A stretch of 64,000 nt of DNA, from positions 32,001 to 96,000 of the forward strand of contig CAWDLW010000008.1 of assembly GCA_963803145.1 (NCBI GenBank). The letters run 5' to 3'. Below, in pieces: positions 20,826 through 30,365 of the stretch. Origin of the DNA: Methanotrichaceae archaeon. Lineage in GTDB: Archaea; Halobacteriota; Methanosarcinia; Methanotrichales; Methanotrichaceae. Numbering within the stretch: the stretch's first letter is position 1; each line of letters begins with the position of its first letter. A program made the position numbers and the translations under genes. The notes under the pieces were generated by a model. That model had not been told where the DNA came from, did not search any database, and saw only the letters and a program-made list of their open reading frames with translations.

Positions 20826-22856
20826 TTATAAAGAGAGTGGCGCCGATTTTCGTGGCCTTAAGCCCTCTGTGGTGGGCTTGGTCCTCGCTAGCGCGAGAGC
20901 AATAATGCTGGCGAATGCCTCCAATAATCTTCTCTGCTCCGGTCGCAAGGGGTGGCCTGATTGCCCTAGGCGCACACCCATGACTCCGAGTGGTATCTCT
21001 TCAGCCTTAAGGGGTAGATAGAACATAGATGCAGATGAGAGGGTTTCTGTTCCGCATCCAGCAGGCTTGCCGTGCTGAAACACCCAGGTAGCCACACCAA
21101 GTTTGCGCTCATCGAATATCAGAGTTTCACCCATCTGGGCTCGTGGGATAAGCTGTCCAGATTCATTGGGGAGCAGAATCAATACCTCGCACTGAAATGC
21201 TCCGGCAATCTCTTTGGTAGCATAACGCAGAAGCTCCTCCAAACCTTCAACCGCCATAAGGTCACGGCTGAATTCATAAAGGGACGAAACAAAACGCTCC
21301 CTTTCACGGGCATTCTCTCCCTGCCATCTGACCATATCTGCCAAAATGCTTGTCACCATTCCTACAACAATGAAAACCAAGAATACAGGCAGATAGCGAA
21401 TATCCCCAAGTGTCATACCGAGCCTCGGCGGCACGAAGAAGAAGTCGAGCGCTATTACTGCCACAAGGGACGTCACCAGACCGGAGCTTCTTCCCCAGGT
21501 CATGGCGCTGTATACTACTGGCAGAAGCAGTATCATGGCAACGTTGATTAAGCCCATATAGTCATGCAATATCCAGCAAAAACAAACTGTGACAGCCAGG
21601 CTCATAAGGCCGCCATAGAACGGTTTTAAGTTCTTTACTCCTTTTTCTTCTTCCTCAGATCCAGGTGAAACAATCGGTTTTTCTATCTTCTGGTCTGCTT
21701 CAGTACCGCCTATAACGAGGACGTGAATTGGGCCGCTTCTGCTGATGACTTCATTAATAACTGATCCTCTGAACCATCTGTTCCAGAAACTTTTTCGCGG
21801 CAGACCAGCGATAATGAGTGTTACGTTATGCTCTCTTGCGAAAGAGATTATTTCATCCGATATTTTGCGTCCGCTTAGAACCTCGACCTTGGCTCCCAGC
21901 TCCTCTGCAAGCATGGTGTTTCGAGCTAGCTGGTCGCGGGCAGCCTCTGTTGGAGGTCTTTCCTGGGGAGATTCGACGTAGACTGCAAACCATTCGGCAT
22001 CCAGATCTGCAGCCATTCTCTGCCCTATTCTCACTAGTCGCTCGGATAATGGGCTGGCGCTGACGCACACCATCAGTGTAGATCCTGCTGGCCAAGGTCC
22101 CAGGATGCCTTGCATCTCCATATAGGAGCGCATATCCTCGTCAACTTTATGGGCCGCGTGCCTTAGCGCCAACTCCCTCAAGCCGAGAAGATTGCCTTTG
22201 CGGAAGAAGCGGCGCATGGCAAGCTCAGCCTGTGCCGGGACATACACCTTGCCCTCCTTAAATCTTTGAATCAATTCTTCGGGAGGCAGATCTACAACTT
22301 CGATCTCGTCTGCAAGCTCCAGCACTTTGTCCGGAAGAGTTTCGCTAACATGGACACCTGTGATCTGATAGACGATATCATTGAGGCTCTCAATGTGCTG
22401 GATGTTCAGAGTAGTGTAAACGCTGATGCCTGCATCGAGAAGCTCTTCGACATCCTGATACCTTTTGGTATGCCGCAGTCCAGCGGCATTTGTATGTGCC
22501 AGCTCGTCTACCAATGCTATCGTCGGATGGCGTGCGAGGACTGCATCAAGATCCATCTCATCGAGCACTATGCCGCCACGATCTATGTGAAGACGAGGAA
22601 TTGTTTCCAGGCCGTTCAGCAGAGCCATGGTTTCAGGCCGACCGTGGGTCTCAGCTATGGCTAAAACAACATCAACACAGGCTTTTTTTAGTGACTGGGC
22701 CTCTTCAAGCATCTGATAAGTTTTGCCGACGCCTGCTGCCGCGCCCAGAAATATTTTGAGATGGCCTCGGCTGCTGCTGGCCTCCTGCTCTTCCTGCTCT
22801 ATATGCTGTATTCTCCGAAGCAGCGCGTCAGGGTCGGGTTGGCACTTATCTATCAA
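20826..22856 (-). CDS. kdpD: KdpD-like sensor lacking the histidine kinase domain (KdpD-N, Usp, 4 TM, GAF)
   Basis: KIFLGAAAGVGKTY, ETHGR, LVDELAHTN, TTLNIQHIESLND and FFRKGNLLGLRELALR; ends right after GAF with no H-box or ATPase boxes. Confidence 0.9.
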   Translation of the reverse strand: MIDKCQPDPDALLRRIQHIEQEEQEASSSRGHLKIFLGAAAGVGKTYQMLEEAQSLKKACVDVVLAIAETHGRPETMALLNGLETIPRLHIDRGGIVLDEMDLDAVLARHPTIALVDELAHTNAAGLRHTKRYQDVEELLDAGISVYTTLNIQHIESLNDIVYQITGVHVSETLPDKVLELADEIEVVDLPPEELIQRFKEGKVYVPAQAELAMRRFFRKGNLLGLRELALRHAAHKVDEDMRSYMEMQGILGPWPAGSTLMVCVSASPLSERLVRIGQRMAADLDAEWFAVYVESPQERPPTEAARDQLARNTMLAEELGAKVEVLSGRKISDEIISFAREHNVTLIIAGLPRKSFWNRWFRGSVINEVISRSGPIHVLVIGGTEADQKIEKPIVSPGSEEEEKGVKNLKPFYGGLMSLAVTVCFCWILHDYMGLINVAMILLLPVVYSAMTWGRSSGLVTSLVAVIALDFFFVPPRLGMTLGDIRYLPVFLVFIVVGMVTSILADMVRWQGENARERERFVSSLYEFSRDLMAVEGLEELLRYATKEIAGAFQCEVLILLPNESGQLIPRAQMGETLIFDERKLGVATWVFQHGKPAGCGTETLSSASMFYLPLKAEEIPLGVMGVRLGQSGHPLRPEQRRLLEAFASIIALALARTKPTTEGLRPRKSAPLSL

Positions 22857-22941
22857 TGCTGGCTTCTCCTTACAGGATCACTTAGTGTAATAGAGCGTGC
22901 TTGATGCATTTCTTCTCATCACAACTGAAATGGCATGGCTA

Positions 22942-23046
22942 TTATCTTTTGTGTTTAACTTTGGCGAGGTCATCAAGGAGTTTCTCCGAGAAGAAAGTCT
23001 TGACGCAAATCAGGCATTTGAACTCTTCCTGATTCGCTTTAGCCAT
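22942..23046 (-). CDS. Putative 34-aa C2H2-zinc-finger-like microprotein (first His replaced by Leu)
   Basis: Manual translation MAKANQEEFKCLICVKTFFSEKLLDDLAKVKHKR; GGAG 8 nt upstream of the ATG. Confidence 0.4.
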   Translation of the reverse strand: MAKANQEEFKCLICVKTFFSEKLLDDLAKVKHKR

Positions 23047-23131
23047 TGACTTTACTCCATCGCCATTGTCTAAACGGAATTTAAGAGTGATATTAAGGGT
23101 AATAGGGAATCTCTGGGTAACGCTTCCCTAT

Positions 23132-23731
23132 TCATCTTTTGCTTTTAGCCAGATCATCCAGCGCAATATTGAGTTTGAGCACATTCACTCTATCTTGACC
23201 AAATATGCCGAATTGAGGATGCTCAATATGTCGGTCTACCAATGCTTGCACTTCTGATTCCGGTAGCCCTCTCGCTTTAGCAACGCGTGATATCTGAATC
23301 TGTGCACCCTGTGGACTGATGTCCGGATCAAGGCCACTACCAGAGGCGAGCACTAGATCTGCGGGCACAGATGCATCTGCAGATAGATTATCTTCGCTCC
23401 TAACTTTTTGAACTCTCTCGCGTACCTCCTCCATGAGCTTGGCACTGGTTGGCCCCAGGTTGCTGCCGCCGGAGTTGCTGCCGTTGTAATCTACAGCAGA
23501 AGGCCGCCCGTGGAAGTAGCCTGGGCTCGTGAAGTTCTGACCAAATAGTTCAGATCCAACTACTGTGCCATTCACATAAATCAGGCTTCCATGGGCCTGA
23601 TAGGGCATTGTTGTATCGGCCACCAAGCTTACGAAAAATGGATAGGCCAGGCTGAGCAAACAAACCATCGCAAACAGCGATACACAGGTCTTCGTCTCCT
23701 TGATAATCTCTCTTTTATCCATTTTTCTCAC
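23132..23731 (-). CDS. kdpC: Kdp ATPase subunit C
   Basis: [44 protein letters not shown] and VNVLKLN motifs. Confidence 0.95.
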   Translation of the reverse strand: MRKMDKREIIKETKTCVSLFAMVCLLSLAYPFFVSLVADTTMPYQAHGSLIYVNGTVVGSELFGQNFTSPGYFHGRPSAVDYNGSNSGGSNLGPTSAKLMEEVRERVQKVRSEDNLSADASVPADLVLASGSGLDPDISPQGAQIQISRVAKARGLPESEVQALVDRHIEHPQFGIFGQDRVNVLKLNIALDDLAKSKR

Positions 23732-25764
23732 TCCAGATGCAGCATTACTACCAGTATATCGATCAGCTTGATGCCAATGAAAGGAATAATCAATCCGCCA
23801 AGGCCGTAAACTACAAGGTTATAGCGCAGCAATGATTCAGTTGTAGCCGGCCTATAGCTGACTCCTCTCAAGGCCAGAGGTATAAGTGCAGGTATGATAA
23901 GGGCGTTGAAGATTACTGCCGATAGAACTGCGCTTGTGGGCGTTGATAGGCCCATGATGTTCAATGCTTCCAGCTGAGGATATGTGGCTGCGAACATTGC
24001 AGGCAATATGGCGAAGTATTTTGAGACATCGTTTGCCACGCTGAAGGTTGTAAGGGCGCCTCTGGTCATCAAAAGCTGCTTTCCGATCTCCACTATGTCC
24101 AGGAGCTTTGCGGGATTGGAATCAAGGTCAACCATGTTTGCGGCCTCTCTGGCTGCCTGAGTGCCGGCGTTCATAGCCACTGCCAGATCTGCCTGGGCAA
24201 GAGCAGGGGCATCATTGGTTCCATCTCCTATCATCGCCACCATGTGGCCATCCTTCTGGTATCTTCGAATGACATCCAGCTTGACTTCGGGTCGGGCCTG
24301 TGCCAGGAAGTCATCAATGCCCGCCTCGGCAGCTATAGCTGCAGCTGTTACTGGGTTATCGCCGGTAATCATGACGAAGCGTATACCCAGCTTGCGCATA
24401 TTGTTTAGTCGCTCTTTTATGCCCTCTTTTATTATATCCTTTAATCGAATGGCGCCCAGCATTTTTGGGCCAACGGCCACGACCAGCGGTGTTCCGCCAT
24501 CCCTGGATATTCTGTCTACTGCAGCTTTAATATCCTCTGGAGTACTCCCACCTTTTAATTTCACATAATTATACATTGAATCGGCGGCTCCTTTTCTGAT
24601 CTCCCGACCATCCATGTCTATCCCGCTCATGCGCGTCACTGCGCTGAAGGGTATGAATGTTGAATTCTCAGGAGGTCGAATATCCCTTCCCCGAACACCT
24701 AGAACCTGCTTACACAGATCCACGATGCTTCTTCCCTCAGGGGTATCATCAGCCAGAGAGGAGAGCATTGATGCATCTGCCAACTCTTCATTGGTTACTC
24801 CCTGTGCGGGGATAAACTCTGTTGCCATTCGGTTTCCGAGGGTGATGGTGCCAGTCTTATCCATCAATACCAGATCCACATTTCCTGAAGCCTCTACACC
24901 TCTTCCTGAGAGGGCAAGGACATTATTCTGAAGAAGCCTTTCCATGCCGGCTATTCCTATTGCAGGCAAGAGGCCGCCAATTGTAGTTGGAATTAGGCAG
25001 ACCAGAAGCGATATCAGCACAACTAAGCCTAGGCTCACGCCTATATAGTTAGAAAAGGGCACCATAGTAATAACCACAATAAGAAATATTGCAGTCATTC
25101 CTATGAGAAGTATCTCCAGGGCCCGCTCATTAGGCGTCTTCTGGCGTTTGGCATTCTCAACCATTGATATCATCTGGTCCAGGAAGGTCTCGCCTGGATT
25201 TGCAGTGATATAGATCTTGATCTGCCCTGAGATGACGCGGGTTCCGCCTGTAACCCCACATAAGGTGCCGGTTGGCTCACGAACCACAGGAGCCGACTCA
25301 CCTGTTATAGCTGACTCATCCACAAGTGCAGTTCCTTCTGCGATCTCGCCATCTCCGGGTATTATCTCGCCATCCCTCACTAAGACCAGGTCGCCCTTAC
25401 GAAGTCCCGTTGCAAAGATCTGCTCTATTCTTCCATCGTTCAGCAGTTTGTTCGCCATGGCTTCGCTTCTGGCTTGACGCAAGCTTTCGGCCTGGGCGCG
25501 GCCTCTGCCTTCAGCAAGGCCCTCAGAGAAATTGGCGAAGAGCACTGTGAACCAGAGCCAGATGCTGATCTGTATGTCGAACTTGAAGTTTCTGCCTGTG
25601 AATAAATCGCCTATGGCTATTAGAGTGGTCAGTGCAGCGCCGAGCTCCACCACGAACATAACTACGTTTCGTCGCTGGATGATGGGGTTCAGCTTCAGGA
25701 AGGAGTCTTTGACCGCCTGCTTTACTATATCTGATTGCCAGAGATTTGTAGTCTTGCCTCGCAT
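23728..25764 (-). CDS. kdpB: Kdp P-type ATPase subunit B
   Basis: [22 protein letters not shown] phosphorylation site, [15 protein letters not shown] and ANDVSKYF all intact. Confidence 0.97.
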   Translation of the reverse strand: MRGKTTNLWQSDIVKQAVKDSFLKLNPIIQRRNVVMFVVELGAALTTLIAIGDLFTGRNFKFDIQISIWLWFTVLFANFSEGLAEGRGRAQAESLRQARSEAMANKLLNDGRIEQIFATGLRKGDLVLVRDGEIIPGDGEIAEGTALVDESAITGESAPVVREPTGTLCGVTGGTRVISGQIKIYITANPGETFLDQMISMVENAKRQKTPNERALEILLIGMTAIFLIVVITMVPFSNYIGVSLGLVVLISLLVCLIPTTIGGLLPAIGIAGMERLLQNNVLALSGRGVEASGNVDLVLMDKTGTITLGNRMATEFIPAQGVTNEELADASMLSSLADDTPEGRSIVDLCKQVLGVRGRDIRPPENSTFIPFSAVTRMSGIDMDGREIRKGAADSMYNYVKLKGGSTPEDIKAAVDRISRDGGTPLVVAVGPKMLGAIRLKDIIKEGIKERLNNMRKLGIRFVMITGDNPVTAAAIAAEAGIDDFLAQARPEVKLDVIRRYQKDGHMVAMIGDGTNDAPALAQADLAVAMNAGTQAAREAANMVDLDSNPAKLLDIVEIGKQLLMTRGALTTFSVANDVSKYFAILPAMFAATYPQLEALNIMGLSTPTSAVLSAVIFNALIIPALIPLALRGVSYRPATTESLLRYNLVVYGLGGLIIPFIGIKLIDILVVMLHLE

Positions 25765-25777
25765 ATGTCATCCCCCT

Positions 25778-27478
25778 TTAGAACGTCCTTCCTGCCGTCA
25801 TCAGCAGATGCTCCAGAATTGGTCCGATCGTCGCTACAGGGAAGAATGCGAGAGCGCTCAATATGAAGACCACGAAGACCACTGTGATTATGAATAGCGG
25901 GCTTGCAACAGGCAGCGTGGCTGCGCTGACTGCTATCTGTCCCTTGCGAGCCATGGACCCGGCAATGGCAATGCCCACGAGTAGGGTGGAATACCTTCCT
26001 AGAAGCATACAGGGCGGGGTCATCAAACATATATATGTACTCAGGACGTTCAAACCTCCCATATATGAACCGTTGTTAATCGATGCCGAAGTGAAAGCAA
26101 AAAGCATCTCCGTTAGCCCGTGGGGGCCTGAGTTGCCTAGAGTTGCAAGACCTGCCACTGATATAATGGCAATGGCAGTAGTAACCAGCGATGAGAAAGA
26201 TGAAAATAGGAATGAAGCTCCGGCCAATATGATTTCACGTAGCTCGAGCTTCTTGCCTATAAGTTCTGGCGTCCTTCCTGTCATGAGCCCTGCCACAAAC
26301 ATGGCTACAATGAAGTAATGCATCATGGCTAGCGGCCCTTCTCCGATGCATCCGAATATCGGCGCTCCAATCACTATGAAAAAGATAATTTGCAATATGC
26401 TGAGGGGCATTAAACTGTCATGCTGAGAGATTGTTGAGCCATTCGCAGGAGCCATTCCAACTAAAATATACATTATATGCTCGAACATGGAAAAGCGCAT
26501 CTCTTTGCCCTCCAGGTTTACGCCGCCCTGAACTCCTAGCTTCTCTAGCAATGGGTTCGGCTGATTCTCAGCATAGAATGGAAGAGGCATGCAAAGCAGG
26601 AACATCACTATCATAACAGAGAAGAGCGCAATTGTTGTATCACGGCTGCGAGACAACTTTCCTATCATGACCACTATTGAAGCTGGCACGAACAATATGT
26701 AGCCCATGGTAAGCCAGCTGTTGAAAGGTGTAGGGTTTTCAAATGGATGTGCCATGCTATTGCCAAAATAGTTAGACCCATCTTCGCAAAACAGCTGATA
26801 TACTATTACCGAAGCAGCAGGCCCTCCCGGTATAAGCTGCACTCCTCCTTCGAGCGTGTGAGCTACAGTATAAGGATCGAAGTTCTGTACAACGCCTTGT
26901 GAGATGAGTGGAAACACTAAGATTAACGAGAGTGGTATCCAGACATATAGGATAACCCTTATCAGATCAACCCAGAAGTTGCCTATAGTTGGGGAGTGCC
27001 TGCGGCTGAAGGATCGTGCCAAGACTATAATAGCCGAAAAACCAACCGCAGGACTGATGTACTCCTGAACATGCGTCCCAAGCATCTGCGACATATAGCT
27101 GAATTCATGCTCACCAGTGTAAGCAATCCAATTGGTATTCGTGATATAGGAGAATGCTATATTCACAGCTAAATCCCATCTAATTGCGCCAAGGCCTTGA
27201 GGATTGAGGGGAAGCACGCCCTGTAGCGATAAAATCACAAATGTAAATATAACACCGATAAACTCAAAGCCCATCAGCGTCCCAATATATTTCTTCCATG
27301 TCATCTCACTCTTCTCATCGATGCCGCATATCTTGTGGATACCTTTCTCGACGGGCCGTAAGATTGGCGAAAGAAGAGTGCGCTCTCCACTGAAGACCTT
27401 GGCCAGGTACCCTCCAAAAGGCACCGCCAATATTATAGTGGCTATAATAATAAAAGCATATGCCAATTCCTGTAACAT
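25778..27478 (-). CDS. kdpA: Kdp subunit A with divergent selectivity filter
   Basis: LPLNP, TNTNW, GNFWVD, HPFENPT, EGKEMRF, GRTPE..GKK, GPHGLTE and GPILEHL scaffold motifs; filter segments altered. Confidence 0.92.
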   Translation of the reverse strand: MLQELAYAFIIIATIILAVPFGGYLAKVFSGERTLLSPILRPVEKGIHKICGIDEKSEMTWKKYIGTLMGFEFIGVIFTFVILSLQGVLPLNPQGLGAIRWDLAVNIAFSYITNTNWIAYTGEHEFSYMSQMLGTHVQEYISPAVGFSAIIVLARSFSRRHSPTIGNFWVDLIRVILYVWIPLSLILVFPLISQGVVQNFDPYTVAHTLEGGVQLIPGGPAASVIVYQLFCEDGSNYFGNSMAHPFENPTPFNSWLTMGYILFVPASIVVMIGKLSRSRDTTIALFSVMIVMFLLCMPLPFYAENQPNPLLEKLGVQGGVNLEGKEMRFSMFEHIMYILVGMAPANGSTISQHDSLMPLSILQIIFFIVIGAPIFGCIGEGPLAMMHYFIVAMFVAGLMTGRTPELIGKKLELREIILAGASFLFSSFSSLVTTAIAIISVAGLATLGNSGPHGLTEMLFAFTSASINNGSYMGGLNVLSTYICLMTPPCMLLGRYSTLLVGIAIAGSMARKGQIAVSAATLPVASPLFIITVVFVVFILSALAFFPVATIGPILEHLLMTAGRTF

Positions 27479-27624
27479 TTTATTCCTCCCTCACGGGTAA
27501 TTGCCAGGTGAATTAGTTTCATTTTGCGAGCTTGATCCAAGAAATGAATCAATGCTTCGATATCCGATGCTCTGGATCTTCGGTTCAGGACCCCCTTTTG
27601 AATTGAAACAAAGCAGCCATATTT

Positions 27625-27789
27625 TCAAGATGCTATCCCTCCTCCGAAGAAAATTGCCACTATCGTCCACCATACAATAAAGAAAGATACAATTATAAAT
27701 ATAGCTCTTATTATTTCTTTACCTTCTGCTTCCGAGATTTCTCGCAGTTCTGCGATAATTCTCGCGTCTTCCTCACTCGAACTAGGCAT
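27625..27789 (-). CDS. 54-aa single-TM protein in the kdpF position
   Basis: Manual translation MPSSSEEDARIIAELREISEAEGKEIIRAIFIIVSFFIVWWTIVAIFFGGGIAS; GGAGTGAGG RBS-like element upstream. Confidence 0.65.
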   Translation of the reverse strand: MPSSSEEDARIIAELREISEAEGKEIIRAIFIIVSFFIVWWTIVAIFFGGGIAS

Positions 27790-27905
27790 TTGCCTCACTC
27801 CTTTTATTCAGCATCAGATAGTCCTTCCTTCTATAATATAATCATAAACAAATAATTTAATAGCCTTGTTAAAATCAGGCATAAGAAGTTTATCGTAAAA
27901 TACGC

Positions 27906-28025
27906 CTTGGATATTGCGCTTCTTTAACCTTGATATCCAAGCCACATAGAAAGGCAATGCTCTTTGAATGTTCTATTGCCGTGGCGGGATTGATGCAAAC
28001 ACTGGTTGCAGTCATCTGAGCCCGC
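27906..28025 (-). promoter_or_regulatory. Candidate structured 5' leader (three abutting stem-loops) of the kdp operon
   Basis: Inverted repeats 27984-27988/28021-28025, 27941-27945/27981-27985, 27953-27958/27975-27980 and 27906-27914/27933-27941; TTAAATAT TATA-like box at 28049-28042. Confidence 0.45.
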
Positions 28026-28050
28026 TTCATAAAAGCTCATAATATTTAAG

Positions 28051-28154
28051 AATATCCCTTAAACTTTAAGAACACTTAAGAATATCCCTTAAACTTTAAG
28101 AACACTTAAGAATATCCCTTAAACTTTAAGAACACTTAAGAATATCCCTTAAAC
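28051..28154. repeat. 30-bp perfect tandem repeat, about 3.5 copies
   Basis: AATATCCCTTAAACTTTAAGAACACTTAAG at 28051, 28081 and 28111, partial at 28141. Confidence 0.97.
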
Positions 28155-28195
28155 GCAAGAATACCTAATGATAGTTCACTGAAGAGAAGCATGTT

Positions 28196-28753
28196 ATGAA
28201 GGAGGAAAAAAGGATGGACAAAAAACTGATGTTCGTGTTGGCAGCAATCCTTGCTACCAGTTTGAACTGTTGCATGGCAGCGACGTATACTGCCAATGTA
28301 GGCAACTTCAATATACAGGTAACGAGCGATGAGGCCGTACAAATTAATGATAAATTCGCCCCAAGTTTTTACCCCGACTTCACAGCTTATCTTGTTGATT
28401 TGTGGATAGGCAATGATTTGTTTGAGGCGATTATCCAGGATTATGGCACCAGCACGAATGTGTCGGAAGATGCGCTAAAACGTGCAAACCAAATAAGTTA
28501 TCCAATGGAGAATCCCAACGCAAAATCCTGGGTCTATACGGACATTGGAGGCCAGAAGGGATTAATTGCTAATGTCCAGATACCTGCAAGCATCCCCCAG
28601 TTTGAGGCTGTTTATTCGCCTGATGCCTCTGGCAATCAGGGAACAATAATCGTAACAATTACAGCTTATACAGCGGATGAGAAGAAGGTTCGAGGATGTG
28701 CTAAAGACCCTCAAGATTCATCGAATTACCCAGTAATGCTTAAGATAAGGTAG
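28196..28753 (+). CDS. Secreted hypothetical protein, probable 3' frameshift
   Basis: Signal peptide (MDKKLMFVLAAILATSLNCCMA); the +1 frame from 28689 reads FEDVLKTLKIHRITQ*, a more natural amphipathic ending. Confidence 0.65.
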   Translation: MKEEKRMDKKLMFVLAAILATSLNCCMAATYTANVGNFNIQVTSDEAVQINDKFAPSFYPDFTAYLVDLWIGNDLFEAIIQDYGTSTNVSEDALKRANQISYPMENPNAKSWVYTDIGGQKGLIANVQIPASIPQFEAVYSPDASGNQGTIIVTITAYTADEKKVRGCAKDPQDSSNYPVMLKIR

Positions 28754-28951
28754 TCGAGATAATTCAACTTCGAATGGAGGCATAAAGAGGGATTGGCGGA
28801 GGATGTAGTGGATGTTAAATCCGCTACCCAGGGGCCGACACTATTTTCGCCATGGAGTGCCGAGGCAAAGGACTCCGCCAAGCCTTCAACGATAATCCCT
28901 CGAAGCCTGATAGGATATCCTTTGACTTTCAGGCTATAAATCTTGATCATT

Positions 28952-29122
28952 TTATTCTTGATCCTTCTCCATTTTCGATAAAATCCTGCATACATCCATC
29001 ACGGCTGTTGCAATCAGGCGAATATCCTCTGGGCTATTCTTATTGATGATCCTATCCTTTATCTGCTCTTGCACGAAATAGAGTCTTGCCCTCTCCTGTT
29101 CATTCAAACAATATGCCATCAT
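28952..29122 (-). CDS. Small hypothetical helical protein (56 aa)
   Basis: Manual translation MMAYCLNEQERARLYFVQEQIKDRIINKNSPEDIRLIATAVMDVCRILSKMEKDQE. Confidence 0.35.
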   Translation of the reverse strand: MMAYCLNEQERARLYFVQEQIKDRIINKNSPEDIRLIATAVMDVCRILSKMEKDQE

Positions 29123-29218
29123 TGGTCACAGATATCCCGTAAGCAGCCCGAATTAATAATTCTATTTGTGTGAAGATCTAATCTGTGCATTTGCTATAAA
29201 AACATGTTAATATATCTT

Positions 29219-29536
29219 TCAATCCAGCCTCTCCTCAAAATTGATTTCGCCGTCCATTAATTGTCTCAAAATCTTGCATTGATATCTTCGGCAGGCGCTC
29301 GGACGATTCAGGTATATGGAGCATTTATCATTGCTATACTTTGGGCAAGGCAAACTGAATGCAAAGTCCCTCTTTCCAAATGTGAAATATCGAAGCCCAA
29401 TACTCTTTGCAAGGCTTATCTCATCAGAATCACGTGAAGCACGATGAAATATTGCTCCCCTACAGCATAGCCCGCAGGATACACATAATTTGTTGCACTT
29501 TATGCTTGAATGCCCAATCTCAATCGAGCTGGACAT
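29219..29536 (-). CDS. YkgJ-family (CxxCxxCC) cysteine cluster protein
   Basis: CVSCGLCC...PC......CSIY..RP.ACRRY.C pattern. Confidence 0.82.
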   Translation of the reverse strand: MSSSIEIGHSSIKCNKLCVSCGLCCRGAIFHRASRDSDEISLAKSIGLRYFTFGKRDFAFSLPCPKYSNDKCSIYLNRPSACRRYQCKILRQLMDGEINFEERLD

Positions 29537-29771
29537 AACTTGTGGATCAAGAATTTTAATATTTAGGCCTTTCTGTTTATATAGAGCTCAACAATCTAAA
29601 TTTTAGCAATGATCTTGCTGGAATTAAATTTTTCCATTAGTTTTTGGTAAATAGTATTCAATTACATTGGATTATTTCACTGGCTTTTGGAAAGCTTTAT
29701 CTTCAAGAAGCTGATTGTTGTTTAAGATCCGGGATGTGACCATTGGTCGAACCGGCTTTGGGTGAAACTAA

Positions 29772-30359
29772 ATGAGATCTTTTTACGGCTACATAGGCGA
29801 TGCCTGGAATGCTCCAAAGGAGAGCTATGTAGGTGCGCTGAGACAAGATAGGCTCAGATCCTGGAGGCAAGAGCTGACAGTGCAGAGGATCGAGAGGCCT
29901 ACTCGCCTCGATAGAGCGCGGGAGCTCGGCTATAAGGCCAAGCAGGGCATAGCAGTCGCTCGCGTCAAGGTAAGGCGCGGCGGACGCAGAAAGTCCAGAT
30001 ATGAAAGGAACCGAAAGACAAGCAAGATGGGCACCAACATGATGACCATGGCCAAGTCCATCCAGAGAATTGCTGAAGAGAGAGCAGGAAGAAGGTTCCG
30101 CAATATGGAGGTCCTCAACTCCTACTGGGTTGGAGAGGATGGAAAGCATAAGTGGTATGAGGTCATACTCATTGATCCCTGCCATCCTGCAATACAGAAT
30201 GATAAACAGCTCAGTTGGGTAGTTGATGATGTTCACAGGGGACGAGCTGTAAGAGGCAAGACAAGCGCTGGCCGCAAGGGCCGCGGAATGAGGCATAAGG
30301 GATTCGGCACGGAGAAGACACGCCCTGGCATCAGGGCACATAATGGCCGAGGAAAGTAA
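29772..30359 (+). CDS. rpl15e: 50S ribosomal protein L15e
   Basis: [38 protein letters not shown] and RGKTSAG motifs. Confidence 0.97.
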   Translation: MRSFYGYIGDAWNAPKESYVGALRQDRLRSWRQELTVQRIERPTRLDRARELGYKAKQGIAVARVKVRRGGRRKSRYERNRKTSKMGTNMMTMAKSIQRIAEERAGRRFRNMEVLNSYWVGEDGKHKWYEVILIDPCHPAIQNDKQLSWVVDDVHRGRAVRGKTSAGRKGRGMRHKGFGTEKTRPGIRAHNGRGK

Positions 30360-30365
30360 AGAAAA

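Noticed and set aside
27491-27673. 60-aa ORF as kdpF
   Set aside because: It has no TM segment or KdpF motif; the overlapping 54-aa frame (27625-27789) has the RBS and the TM helix.
28051-28154. CRISPR array
   Set aside because: The 30-bp units are head-to-tail with no unique spacers, and no cas genes are nearby; it is a tandem repeat.
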